A DNA stretch of 64,000 nt from Mobula hypostoma (lineage: Eukaryota). The position numbers were made by a program, and so were the translations under genes. Location: positions 240,624,001-240,688,000 of the forward strand of contig NC_086097.1 of the NCBI RefSeq assembly GCF_963921235.1, in the 5' to 3' direction. Position 1 is the first letter of the stretch, and every line of letters begins with the position of its first letter. The notes under the pieces are model-generated. The model made no database searches. It was not told the origin of the DNA and worked only from the letters and a program-made list of their open reading frames with translations. This document shows positions 1-12,720 of this stretch, piece by piece.

Positions 1-1622
1 GTAACATCCTTGTTAATCTGCTTTGCACTCTTTCTCTTGTTTCCACATCTTTCCTGTAGTGAGGTGACCAGAACTGAGCACAGTACTCCAAGTGGGGTCT
101 GACCAGGGCCCTATATAGCTGTAACATTACCTCTTAGCTCTTAAACTCAACCCTGCAGTTGATGAAGGCCAATGCACCGTATGCCTTCTTAACCACAGAG
201 TCAACCTGCGCAGCTGATTTCAGTGTCCCCAAGATCCCTTGATCCTACACACTGCCAAGAGTCTTACCATTAATACTATATTCTGCCATCATATTTGACC
301 TACCAAAATGAAACACCTCACACCTATCTGGGTTGAACACCATCTGCCACTTCTCAACCCAGTTTTGCATCCTATCAATGTCCCACTGTAACCTCTGACA
401 GCCCTCCACACTATCCACAACACCCCAAACCTTTGTGTCATCAGCAAATTTACTAACCCATCCCTCCACTTCCTCATCCAGGTCATTTATAAAAATCATG
501 AAGAGAAGAGCTCCCAGTACAGATCCCTGACGCACACCTCCATGCAGAATATAACCCGTCTACAACAACTCTTTGCATTCTGTGAGCAAGCCAATTCTGG
601 ATCAACAAAGCAATGTCCCCTTGGATCCCTTGCCTCCTTACTTTCTCAAAAAGCCTCATCAAATGCCTTGCTGAAATCCATCGACTATTCTACCTTCATC
701 ACTGTGTTTAATCGCATCCTCAAAATATTCAATCGGGCTCGTAATGCACAACCTGCCTTTGACAAAGCCATGCTGACTATTCCTAATCACATTATGCCTC
801 TCCAAATGTTCATAAAAACTGCCTCTCAGGATCTTTTCCATCAACTTACCAACCACTGAAGTAAGACTCACTGGTCTATAATTTCCTGAACTATCTCTGC
901 TCCCTTTCTTGAATAAGGAAAAAAACACTTGCAACCTTCCAATCCTCCGGAACCTCTCCCGTCCCCATTGATGATGCAAAGATCACTGCCAGAGGTTCAG
1001 CAATCTCCTCCCTCGCCTCCCACAGTAACCTGGGGTACATCTCATCTTATCCAACTTGATGCTTTCCAAAAACTCCAGCACATCTTCTTTCCTAATATCT
1101 ATATGCTCAAGCTTTTTAATCTGCTGTAAGTCATCCCTACAATTGCCAAGATCCTTTTCCATAGTGAATACTGAAGCAAAGTATTCATTTCATTACCCCT
1201 GCTATCTCCTCCGGTTCCATACAGACTTTTCCTGTCGCACTTGATTGGTCCTATGCTCTCATGTCTTATCCTCTTGCTCTTCACATACTTGTAGAATGCC
1301 TTGGGGTTTTCCTTAATCCTGCTCGCCAAGGCCTTCTCATGGCTCCTTCTGGCTCTCCTAATTTAATTCTTAAGCTCCTTCCTGCTAGCCTTGTAATCTT
1401 CTAGATCTCTATCATAACCTAGTTTTTTGAACCTTTCATAAGTTTTTCTTTTCTTCTTGACTAGATTTTCAACAGCCTTTGTACACCACGGTTCCTGTAC
1501 CCTACCATACTTTCCCTGTCTCATTGGAACGTACTTATGCAGAACACCATGCAAATATCTCCTGAATATTTGCCACATTTCTGCCATACATTTCCCTGAG
1601 AACATCTGTTCCCAATTTATGC
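1..1622 (-). mobile_element. CR1 LINE ORF2 fragment (subfamily A), internally deleted, runs off the window edge
   Basis: ORFs give QGSVLGALLF..INDLD..SKFADDTK (RT motifs), FKKGSRDSSGNYRPVSLTSVVGK and IKENPKAFYKYV; many frameshifts. Confidence 0.93.
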
Positions 1623-3390
1623 TTCCTTTCTTCTGCCTGTCTCCCTTCTTGAAGAGTGGAATAACATTCACAATTTCCAAGTCTTCTGGAACCATTCCAG
1701 AATGCAGTGATTCTTGAAAGATCATTGCTAATGCCTCCACAATCTCTTCCGCCACCTCTTTCAAAACCCTAGGGTGTACACCATCTGGTCCAGGTGACTT
1801 ATCTAACTTCAGACCTTTCAATTTCCCAAGAAATTTCTCTCTGGTAATGATAACTTTACTCACTTCATGATCCCTGACACCTGGAGCTTCCACCATACTG
1901 CTAAGTGACTTCCACACTGAAGACTGATGCAAAATACTTATGCAGTTTATCCACCATTTCCTTGTCCCCCATTACAACCTCTCCAGCATCATTTTCCAGC
2001 GGTCTAATACACACTCTCATCCCTTTTGTACACTTCACGTATCTGAAGAAACTTTTGGTATTCTCTTTAATATTATTGACTAGCTTACTTTTGTATTCCA
2101 TCTTTACCTACTTGATTTCTAGTTGCCTGCTGTTGGTTTTTAAAAACTTCCTAACCCTCTAACTTCCCACTAATTTTTGCTTTATTTTATGCCCTCTCTT
2201 TGGCTTTTATGTTGGCTTTGAATTAGATTAGATTATTAGATTATGAGGACACACAGTCCTCTTTTATTGTCATTTAGTAATGCATGCATTAAGAAATGAT
2301 ACAATGTTCCTCCAGAAAGATATCACAGAAACACAAGACAAACCAAGACTTAAAAAACTGACAAAAAACACATAATTATAACATATAGTTACAACAGTGC
2401 AAAGCAATACCATAATTTGATAAAGAACAGTCCATGGGCACGGTAAAAAAAAGTCTCAAAGTCTCTCGAAAGTCCAATCATCTCATGCAGACAGCAGAAG
2501 GAAGAGAAACTCTCCCTGCCATGAACCTCCAGTGCTGCAAAATTGCCGATGCAGCACCCTGGAAGCACCCAACCACAGCCGACTCTTGAGTCCGTCCGAA
2601 AACGTCGATCCTCCGACCAGCCCTCCGAAAACAAGCACCGAGCACCATCTCTGCTGAGCTCTTTGACCCTGGCCTCGGCAACAGGCAATCAGCAAAGCCG
2701 AGGATTTGGGGCCTTCCCCTCCGGAAATTTTCGATCGCACAGTAGCAGCGACAGCAAAGCGGGCATTTCAGAAGTTTCTCCAGATGTTCCTCCGTGCTTC
2801 TCACATCCGTCTCCATCAAATCAGGATTGTGCACGGCCCCTAGTTAACAAATACAATATCATTTCGGAGTGGCCGCACGCGCTGCGTCGTGCCGCCATCT
2901 TCTCCTCCCCTCTTGTTAGCCACAATTGTGTCATCGTGTCTTTAAAATACTTCTTCCTCTTTGGGATATTTTTTACCAACAAATCAACGCCGTCCCCTCT
3001 GCCCTCCTGCCTGTCCTTTCAACACAATGTTTATCCTTGAACACTAAGTTCCCAGCTGTAATCTCCTTTCATCCATGACTCAGTGATGTCTACAGTATCA
3101 GACCTGCCTATCTGCAACTCTGCGATAAGTTCATCTACCTTGTTCTGCTTTTGGCACACATACAAGTATAACTCCTTCAGTCCTGCATTCACCCTTTTCA
3201 ATTTTGTCCTCCTTTTACGTTGCAACTCACCCTGTTGACTGCAATTCTGCCCTGCCAGCAGCCTCTCCTCACTACACGTTGCCTCGTTGGTAAGCCAGCT
3301 ACCTCATCTTCTGCACTATCGTCAGCCTTTCCTACAATGCTTCTTTGAAATATATGCAGCTCAGGATTCTAGTCACGTCATGCTCAACTT
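1623..3390 (-). mobile_element. CR1 LINE (subfamily B) fragment, endonuclease start to pre-RT region, interrupted at 2222-2910
   Basis: DKSPGPDGVHPRVLKEVAEEI, IKENTKSFFRYVK, NKVDELIAELQI..DITESW; sequence resumes on both sides of the insertion (compare the copy at 33310-33350). Confidence 0.85.
2222..2910 (-). mobile_element. Non-autonomous retroelement (GGAGAAGATGGCGGC head, (TAATC)n tail)
   Basis: Close second copy on + strand at 26230-27037; interrupts a CR1; no recognisable protein. Confidence 0.8.
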
Positions 3391-3399
3391 TTTGATCCA

Positions 3400-4503
3400 G
3401 CATGTGATGTGAAATTTTTTAACTTAGCAGCAGCAGTTCAAAGTAAGACATAAAATAGAAGATAGATAGATAGCTAGATAAATAAATGAATAAATAGATA
3501 GATAGATAGATCAATTACAGTATATGTAAATTGAATAGATTTTAAATTGCGCAAAAAACAAAAATACCATATATTAAAAAAGTGAGATAGTGTCCAAGGG
3601 TTCAATGTCCATTTAGGAAATGGATGCAGAAGGGAAGAAGCTGTCCCTGAATCGCTGAGTGTGTGCCTTCTGGCTTCTGTACCTCCTATCTGATGGTAAC
3701 AGTGAGAAAAGGGCATGCCCTGGGTGCTGGAGGTCCTTAATAAGGGACACTGCCTTTCTGAGATACTGCTCCTTGAAGATATCCTGGGAACTTTGTAGGC
3801 TGGTACCTGAGATGCAGCCGACTAAATTTACAACCCTCTGCATATTCTTTCGGTCCTGTGCAGTAACCCCTCCATACCAGACAGTGCTGCAGCCTGTCAG
3901 AATGCTCTCCACAGTACAACTATAGAAGTTTTTGAGTGTATTTGTTGACATATCAAATCTCTTCAAGCTCCTAATGAAGTATAGCTGCTGCCTTGCCTTC
4001 TTTATAACTGCATCGATATATTGGGTCCAGGTTAGATCCTCAGAGATCTTGACACCCAGGAACTTGAAGCTGCTCACTCTGTCCATTGCTGATCCCTCTA
4101 TGAGGTTTGGTACGTGTTCCTTCATCTTACCCTTCCTGAAGTCCACAGTCAGCTCTTTCATCTTACTGACATTGAGTGACAGGTCGTTACTGTGGCACCA
4201 CTCCTCTAGCTGGCACATCTCGCTCCTGTACGCCCTCTTGACACCACCTGAGATTCTACCAACGATGGTTGTATCATCAGCAAATTTATAGATGGTATTT
4301 GAGCTATGTCACATGGTCATGGGTATACAGAGAGTAGAGCAGTGGGCTAAGCACACACCCCTGAGGTGTGCCAGTGTTGACCATCAGCAAGGAGGGGATA
4401 TTATCACCAATCCCCACAGATTGTGGTCTTCCAGTTAGAAAGTCAAGGTTCCAATTGTAGACCGAGGTAAAGAGGCCCAGGCTCTGCAACTTCTCAATCA
4501 GAA
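3400..4503 (-). mobile_element. Rex1/Babar-type LINE, 3' part (RT C-terminus and 3' UTR)
   Basis: [70 protein letters not shown]. Confidence 0.88.
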
Positions 4504-5134
4504 TCTTGCCAACATCAAATTCAGACAATGGTCACTGTGCTTGCTTCACCTTCCTTTAATTTGCCCTTGCCAATCAATCCCAAACACCGATTGCTCACTG
4601 GTCAAAGCTCTTCTTCACTCTAGCGACCCGCTACTAGCTATTCTGCTCAGACAGTGAACCTGAATGAAATCCTCTCCTTCTGAGGTCCAGCTTGGTTATT
4701 GGTCAAAGCTCCTCAAAGGCTCTGCTTGATTTTAGCTTCTTAAACATTACATACTCTTGCTTTTCCTTCTTAACTAAGCTCACTATCACTCTCAGAATCA
4801 GACACAGGCTATTACCGCTGTCCATGATATGAAATTTGTTGATTTGCAGCAGCAGCATGGTGCAAACGTTTAACATGATCATAAATTACAAAATAAATAG
4901 TGCAAAAAAAACTCCAACAAGCAAGGTTCCCTAAGCTTGCCTTTCCTTGTTACTGAACATACTGTACATGTCCTGTACTCTATGCAGTTGGCCTTTAAAC
5001 ATCGGCTGCATGTCAAATGTGGACTTGCCAAAAAAAGCTGTTCCCAATTAACTCTCCTGAGCTGCTGCCTTATGCTCTCATAATTTGCCCTTTTCCAATT
5101 TAATGTTTTCCTACAGATGCATACTTATCCTTAG

Positions 5135-5335
5135 TAACACACACAAAATGCTGGAGGAGATCAGCAGGCCAGGCAGCATCTTGGAAAAGAGTAAACAGTC
5201 AACATTTTGGGCCGAGATCCTTCATCAGGACTGAGAAGAAAGGTGGGGGGGGTGGGGGAGGAGGGATGCCTGAACTAAGTGGTGGGGGGACGGGAAAGAG
5301 GCTGACTTGAAGATGATGGGTGAAGCTAGCTAGGC
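5135..5335 (-). mobile_element. Penelope-like pseudo-LTR fragment with degenerate hammerhead motif
   Basis: Matches the 31713-31920 repeat; reverse complement reads AGTC CTGATGA AGGATCTCGGCCC AAAATGTTGACT (GAAA and GUC mutated). Confidence 0.75.
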
Positions 5336-5349
5336 TACATTCACAAATG

Positions 5350-5420
5350 CAGTACTGTGCTAACGTCTTAGGCACCCTAGCTATACCGTATATAAGTGCC
5401 TAAGATTTTTCCACAGTACC
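5350..5420. mobile_element. Degenerate Tc1-type MITE
   Basis: CAGTACTGTGCTAAC...TTTTTCCACAGTAC; similar to the element at 39227-39293. Confidence 0.6.
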
Positions 5421-5617
5421 CTAATTGATATTTTTATTGTGAATGCTACATATGTAATGCTCTCTACCTGTGCTGTTGCATTTCACCTTTTCACTGCGCT
5501 TAGCACACTTGAGCATATGACAATAAACTCCACTTCCACTCTCAGAACATTCCCATCTCCCCCATTTCCTCATGTTGTCAACATAAATAACTCTCTCTTA
5601 TTAACATAGTAGTAAAC

Positions 5618-5850
5618 TAGTAGTGTAGTGGTGAGCACAAATGCTATTACAGCACCAGTGAACCAGGTTCAGTTTGCCGCTGTCTCCGAGGAGTTTGCCC
5701 GGTCTCGTTGTGACTGCGTGGGTTTCCCCCGGGTGCTCCGACTTCCACCCACACTCAAAAGGCATTCAGGTTAATTGGTCACATGGGTGTAGTTGGACAG
5801 CATAGGATTATCGGGTGGGAAGGACCAGCTACTGTGCAGTATCTCTCTAT
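5618..5850 (+). mobile_element. tRNA-derived SINE, HE1/V-SINE-like
   Basis: A-box-like TAGTGTAGTGG, B-box-like GGTTCAGTT, central GGGTTTCCCCCGGGTGCTCCG..CCCACACTCAAAAG; further copies near 18800, 25250, 37880, 44240, 44990, 56890, 60830. Confidence 0.75.
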
Positions 5851-7029
5851 AAAAAAATTTTAAAACTCTCCTGCGATTTTCGTGCCATCGACATTTGGGG
5901 AAATTTACTGAAGCCAACCGGTACATCTTTAGGATGTAGAAGGCAACTGGAATAGCCAGGGGTGAAATGCGTGCAATCACAATGAAAACATACAGACTTT
6001 ACACAAAACACCAGAGATGAGGATGAAGCCCATATCACTTACCACTGTGACACTCTAATATGTGAATTACCACTTACCACTCTACCACTCATATGTGTAT
6101 TAATGGTGGAAGCCAATGATTTTCAAAGTTCAAAATAAATTTATTATCAAAGTATATATATGTCACCATATACAATGCTGAGATTCATTTTCTTGTAGGC
6201 AAAACCAATAAGTATCAGAACCATCATAGAATCCATGAAAGACAGCCGCTCCTCAACAGGACAGGCAAACAATCAATATGCAAAAGACAACTAATTATAC
6301 AAATACAAAAAGGAATAATAATAGGCTGTGAGAACATCTCAGAGAGGGGGTGAGTGAAGTTGAGTAAAGTTATCCCCACTAGTCCACTAATCCCCACTGG
6401 TGGTTGAGGGGTAATTCATGAACCTGGTTGTGAGTCCTGAAGGTGAGTTCCTATATGTTAACTCAGCACCACCTTCGACTTGGCCAAAGTCAGCATATTG
6501 AAGTATGGATTTGGAGTTGTACATAGGTACACAAGTACAGCAGGGGGCTAAGCACACAGCCTTGAGGTGCACCAGTGCAAATGGAGATTGTGGAGGAGAT
6601 GTTGCCAAATCGAAGTGACAAGTGAGGAAATCGAAGATCCAATTGCACAAGGAGGGACTGAGGTCAATGCCTTGATGCTTATTGACTAGTTGGAAGGAAT
6701 TTGTTTTATTCAGTACATTTTTTGGTACTTGTAATTATGTAATTTTAATTAATTTTTATTTTGTAAGTTATATGTTATTTTGTGCAGAATTTGAACTCCA
6801 GTTTCTGAACTGGTGATTGAATTATCTATTCTGAGTTTGTGCGCTCAGGTCCTAGGCTCTACTTGCCCACTCTTTCTAGGCCTTTCAATTTCAGTAGGTT
6901 TCAATAAGATCCCCATTCTCTAAACTCCAGCAAGTGTAGGCAGAGAGCCATTAAATCCACTCATGTATTCACCGGTTCATTTCCATAATCATTTTCATGA
7001 ACCACCTCTGGATTCACTACACTCCTTTC

Positions 7030-7173
7030 GTACGCAGACATGAGGAAATCTGCAGATGCTGGAAATTCAAGCAACACACACACAAAATGATGGTGAGCGC
7101 AGCAGGCCAGGCAGCATTTGTAGGAAGAGGCTGCCTAGCCTGCTGCGTTCACCAGCATTTTGTGTGTGTGTTA
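7030..7173. mobile_element. Fold-back Penelope-like mini-insertion inside a CR1 fragment
   Basis: ACACACACACAAAATG..GGTGAGCGCAGCAGGCCAGGCAGC followed by its reverse complement; TCCTTTC on both flanks. Confidence 0.8.
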
Positions 7174-8249
7174 CATCCTTTCTTAGATATGGGGTCCACA
7201 ACAGCATACAATACTCCAAATGTGGTCTGATCGATGCCTGATAAATTTTCAGCATTTTATCCTTGCTTTTATGCAGAGGAGGTATGAGATACGCATTTAG
7301 GCCATATGTCCCTTTTAAAGCATGAAGTGTTGTGGTTTTCGAAGTTCAAATTTTAAAGTAAATTTATTATCAATGTACATATACGTTACCTCACGCTACC
7401 TTGAGATTTACGGGAAGGTATACCATGAGGAGGAGAATCAGCTATATAGATATCTTGAACATCTGTAAAGTCAATGAACTTCTTAAGATATCCTGTCCAG
7501 GAACTAGGAGCCACACTACTGGCATTATCTTCCAGAGCTATCTGTTCCCACCACTTCCTGAGGTTGTGTCTGGAATGCCTCCTGTATGTCTACACAGGAG
7601 GTTTCACATATTTCCCACTGTCTCCACCATGACCACTAGTGGTTTGTGAGAAAGCAGAGGGCCCAATACTGTTCTCTTGTCATAGTTTCCAAAGTCATTT
7701 CACTTGCAGAGGCTTGCCAGCTTTCCCTGTAGCTACTGGGCTCTTCTGTATTCAGCAGTGGTGAACAATGGTATGCTGGACTCCCCACTGAAGAGTTTGC
7801 AACATGCTCCGCATTGCGTGGACACCGCTGTGTGGAAATGAGCAGGAAGTATTAAGTTGGCCTATTCCCTTTGTACACTAAACGGATGTGTGTTACTCAT
7901 GCATTATAATCCCTGGGCTATTCTTCTGAGGCTACGAGCCTTAGCCCTCTCAGAGTTTCTTTTTCATTTATTACTCATTCATTTTGGCACGAAAATATAG
8001 TAACAATTTTACACAAATGTCAAGGACAGACGTACTATTATAATGTTAAAAATAGGACACATTAAAAATAAGAATGTAAATCTGACAGCTGTTCTCCCCA
8101 TATTCATTCTCCACAATACTGCTGTTTCTGGTGCTTGACCTCCATTTTGTTTCCAACATCCTTGTTCGATTTGAGACACCTTCCTCTGACTCCCCCTCCA
8201 ATCTAGAAATAATGCTCATATTTGCCGAAAGACAACCCTTAAAGCGTTT

Positions 8250-9635
8250 AATTGAAGTAAGGGGAAATATGAGGCTATCAGGCAGGAACTTGGAGGCATA
8301 GATTGGAAACAAACTTTTCAGGGACATGTACGGAAGAAATGTGGCAAACATTCAGGGGATATTTGCGTGGAGCTCTGCATAGGTACGTTCCAATGAAACA
8401 GGGAAAGGATGGTAGGGTACAAGAACCGTGGTGTACAAAGGCTGTTGTAAATCTGGTCAAGAAGAAAAGAAGAGCCTACGAAAGGTTCAGAAAGCTAGGT
8501 AATGATAGAGAGCTAGGAGATTATAAAGCTAGCAGGGAAAAGCTCAAGAAAGAAATTAGGAGAGCCAGAAGGGGCCATGAGAAGGCTTTGGCAGGCAGGA
8601 TTAAGGAAAACCCCAAGGTATTCTACAAATATGTGAACAGCAAGAGGATAAGACGTGAGAGAATAGCACCATTCAAGTGTGACAGTGGAAAACTGTGCAG
8701 GGAAGTGGAGGAGATAGCAGAGGTACTTAATGAATACTTTACTTCAGTATTCACTACAGTAAAGGATTTTGGTGATTGTAGTGATGACTTGCAGTGGACT
8801 GAAAAGCTTGAGCATATAGACATTAAGAAAAAGGATGTGCTGGAGCTTTTGGAAAGCATCAAGTTGGATAAATCATCAGTACCGGATGAGATGTACCCCA
8901 GGCTACAGTGGGAGGCGAGGGAGGAGATTGCTGAGCCTCTGGTGATGATCTTTGCACCATCAATGGGGACTGGAAGGTTGGAGATGTTGTGGATAGTGTG
9001 GAGGGCTGTCAGAGGATACAGCGGGACATCGATAGGATGCAAAACAGGGCTGAGAAGTGGCAGATGGAGTTCAACACAGATAAGTGTGAGGTGGTTCATT
9101 TTGGTAAGTCAAATATGATGACAGAATGTAGTATTAATGGTAAGATTCTTGCCAGTGTGGAGGATCAGAGAGATCTTGGGGTCTGAGTCTGCAGGACACT
9201 CAAATCTGCTGCACAGGTTGACTCTGTGGTAAAGAAAGCATACGGTGCATTGGCCTTCATCAACCATGGGATTGAGTTTAAGAGCTGAGAGGTAATGTTG
9301 CAGCTATATAGGACCCTGGTCAGACCCCACTTGGAGTACTGTGCTCAGTTCTGGTCGCCTCACTACAGGAAGGATGTGGAAGCCATAGAAAGGGTGCAGA
9401 GGAGATTTACAAGGCTGTTGCCTGGATTGGGGAGCATGCCTTATGAGAATAGGTTGAGTCAACTTGGCCTTTTTTCCTTAGAGCAATGGAGGATGAGAGG
9501 TGACATGATGGAGGTGTATAAGGTGATGAGGGGCATTGATCGTGTGGATAGTCAGAGGCATTTTCCCAGGGCTGAAGTGGCTAGCACGAGAGGGCACAGT
9601 CTTATGGTGCTTGGAAGTAAGTACAGAGGAGGTGT
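8250..9635 (+). mobile_element. CR1 LINE ORF2 fragment (subfamily A) with internal deletion of the RT core near 8978
   Basis: 271-aa ORF with IKENPKVFYKYV..DEMYPR, then a jump to KWQMEFNTDKCEVVHFG and LYRTLVRPHLEYCAQFWSP. Confidence 0.93.
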
Positions 9636-10921
9636 GGAGGCCAGGTCGTTGGGTACATTTAAGGCAAACTTAATAGGTTCTTGATTGGATACAGCATCAA
9701 AGGTTATGGGGAGAAAGCTGGAGAGTGGGGCTGAGAAGGATCAGCCATGATTGAATGGTGGAGCAGACTCGACAGGCTAAATGGCCGAATTCTTCTCCTG
9801 TGTCTTATGTGGTAATGGAACCCCGGAGAAGCCTGGGGTAGGTCCAAATCATCAGTATCAGTTCATCATTTTAGCAGGAGTAGAGCATAGCAGCCGGGCG
9901 GTTTTCATGTCCTCAGGACCACAGAGAGAAGCAAAATCGTCTCTTGCCTCTAATCCCGACACCTTCTCTTTCTAGTCTATCTGGACTGGCATTTAAATTG
10001 TCCAGACAACGGATTGCAACTCGCATCAGGACTTGGGAACCATTGCAATGAAAGGTTCTGGCACCATGGAGAAAGGAGTGAATATCATTGAGACCAAGCA
10101 AAATCAGCTCTCGCCTCCAATCTGGGCCGGCGTATATATTGCCCAAACAACAGACGTATGATACCTTATATACATAGATTGATTATAAAGTGATGCTCGG
10201 TACAGGAGCGTCTATACTACATCGTGGCTCACAGATATGATAAATTGGTTGAGGGTTGGGAGTTGTTAATGGGTAGACGTGTCAATTGGCCTTACTGCTT
10301 GGGGAAAGTAACTGTTTTTGGATCATGTAGTCCTGGTGTGGATGCTTTGTAGCCTCCTCCCTGATGGTAGTTGGACAAACAGTCCAAAACTGCAGTGGGC
10401 AGGTTCCTTCATGATGATTCTGGACCTTTCCAGCACCTTTCAAACGTTCCAGTTGTTTCAGATGATGTATAGCGTATACAACCTGAAATACTTAGTCTTC
10501 ACAGACATCCACGAAAGCAGGAGAACCCCAAAAGCGCGAATGACAGAAAAATGTTTGAACCCAAAGCCACCTCATCCTCCTCCCCATGTAAGCGGCAGCA
10601 AAGCATCAGCATATCCACTCTCCATCCGCCCACTTCAGCAAACAACACCTACCAAGTAATAGAAAAGCACCCAGAGACAGGCCATGATTTGCAGTCAATA
10701 TAAACTATTGTTTACCCAGCAGTTCGACTTGCCACAGGCTCTCTCTTTCCCTTACAAGGGACTGAGAGATATCATCCATTGCACAGTGAAAGGGGAGTCT
10801 AACAGTGACAGTTATGATATACTTTCTCTATATACAGTGTGTATAAAAAGTATTCACCCCGCCCCACACACACTTGGAAGTTTTCATGTTTTACAGCATT
10901 GAATCACAGTGTATTTAATTT

Positions 10922-11852
10922 TATAGAACATAGAACATAGAATAGTACAGCACATTACAGGCCCTTCGGCCCACATTGTTGTGCTGCCCCTCAAACCCTG
11001 CCTCCCATATAACCCCCCACCTTAAATTCCTCCATATACCTGTCTAGTAGTCTCTTAAACTTCACGAGTGTATCTGCCTCCACCACTGACTCAGGTAGTG
11101 CATTCCACGCACCAACCACTCTCTGAGTGAAAAACCTTCCTCTAATATCCCCCTTGAACTTCCCACCCCTTACCTTAAAGCCATGTCCTCTTGTATTGAG
11201 CAGTGGTGCCCTGGGGGAGAGGCACTGGCTATCCACTCTATCTATTCCTCTTATTATCTTATACACCTCTATCATGTCTCCTCTCATCCTCCTACTCTCC
11301 AAAGAGTAAAGCCCTAGCTCCGTTAATCTCTGATCATAATGCATACTCTCTAAACCAGGCAGCATCCTGGTAAATCTCCTTTGTACCCTTCCCAATGCTT
11401 CCACATCCTTCCTATAGTGAGGCGACCAGAACTGGACACAGTACTCCAAGTGTGGCCTAACCAGAGTTTTATAGAGCTGCATCATTACATCGCGACTCTT
11501 AAACTCTATCCCTCGACTTATGAAAGCTAACACCCCATAAGCTTTCTTAACTACCCTATCCACTTGTGAGGCAACTTTCAGGGATCTGTGGACATGTACC
11601 CCCAGATCCCTCTGCTCCTCCACACTACCAAGTATCCTGCCATTTACTTTGTACTCTGCCTTGGAGTTTGTCCTTCCAAAGTGTACCACCTCACACTTCT
11701 CCGGGTTGAACTCCATCTGCCACTTCTCAGCCCACTTCTGCACCCTATCAATGTCTCTCTGCAATCTTCGACAATCCTCTACATTACCTACAACACCACC
11801 AACCTTTGTGTCGTCTGCAAACTTGCCAAGCCACCCTTCTACCCCCACATCC
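10922..11852 (-). mobile_element. Young 5'-truncated CR1 LINE with an uninterrupted 287-aa RT C-terminal frame
   Basis: ORF 10991-11854 from KFADDTK to the C-terminus; (TTCTATG)n tail; AATTT on both flanks. Confidence 0.95.
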
Positions 11853-12384
11853 AATTTGGCTCTTTTTGATGATGATCAACAGAAAAAAGACTCTTTTGTG
11901 TCAAAGTGAAAACGTATCTCTACAAAGTGATATAAATTAATTACAAATATAAAACACAAAATGATTGATTACAAAGTATTCACCCCCTGTGGTATGACAC
12001 TCTAAATCATCACTGGTGCAGCCAAATGGTTTTAGAAGCCACATAATTAGTTAAATGGAGATCTGTTTTTGGAGACAATATGTAGTCAAGGTGCTTCAAC
12101 TTATTGTAGCAAAAATACACCCATGTCTGGAAGGTCCAGTTGCTGGTGAGTCAGTATCCTGGCAAAATCTACACCGTGAAGACAAAAGGACACTCCAAGC
12201 AACTCCGCAAAAAAGTTATTGAAAAGCACCAGTCATGAGATGGATACAAGGAAATTTCCAAGTCACTGAATATCCCTTGGAATACAGTTAAGTCAATCAT
12301 CAAGAAATGAAAAGGGTATGGAATAGCTATAAATCTGCCTAGAGCAGGCCATCCTCAAAAACTGAGTGACCGTGGAAGAAGAAG

Positions 12385-12720
12385 ACATAGAAACATAGAA
12401 ACATAGAAAATAGGTGCAGGAGTAGGCCATTCGGCCCTTCGAGCCTGCACCGCCATTTATTATGATCATGGCTGATCATCCAACTCAGAACCCCGCCCCA
12501 GCCTTCCCTCCATACCCCCTGACCCCTGTAGCCACAAGGGCCATATCTAACTCCCTCTTAAACATAGTCAATGAACTGGCCTCAACAGTTTGCTGTGGCA
12601 GAGAATTCCACAGATTCACCACTCTGTGTGAAGAAGTTTTTCCTAATCTCGGTCCTAAAAGGCTTCCCCTCTATCCTCAAACTGTGACCCCTCGTTCTGG
12701 ACTTCCCCAACATCGGGAAC
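12385..12720 (-). mobile_element. CR1 3'-end insertion in the Tc1 transposase
   Basis: (CATAGAAA)n tail plus CR1 3' UTR and C-terminal coding remnant. Confidence 0.85.

Noticed and set aside
1363..1932. 189-aa ORF as a novel protein
   Set aside because: Chance read-through across the junction of two CR1 subfamily fragments near 1622
2389..3040. Overlapping 85-165 aa ORFs
   Set aside because: GC-rich repeat sequence; the frames are not maintained intact in the second copy at 26230-27037
3613..4218. Host gene with a DUF1891/ALKBH8-like N-terminal domain
   Set aside because: It is the C-terminus of a Rex1-type RT, present in many decayed copies across the window
12385..12410. Short tandem repeats ((CATAGAAA)n, (TTATGGTC)n, (GATA)n) as CRISPR or regulatory arrays
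   Set aside because: No spacers; these are LINE 3' tails and microsatellites
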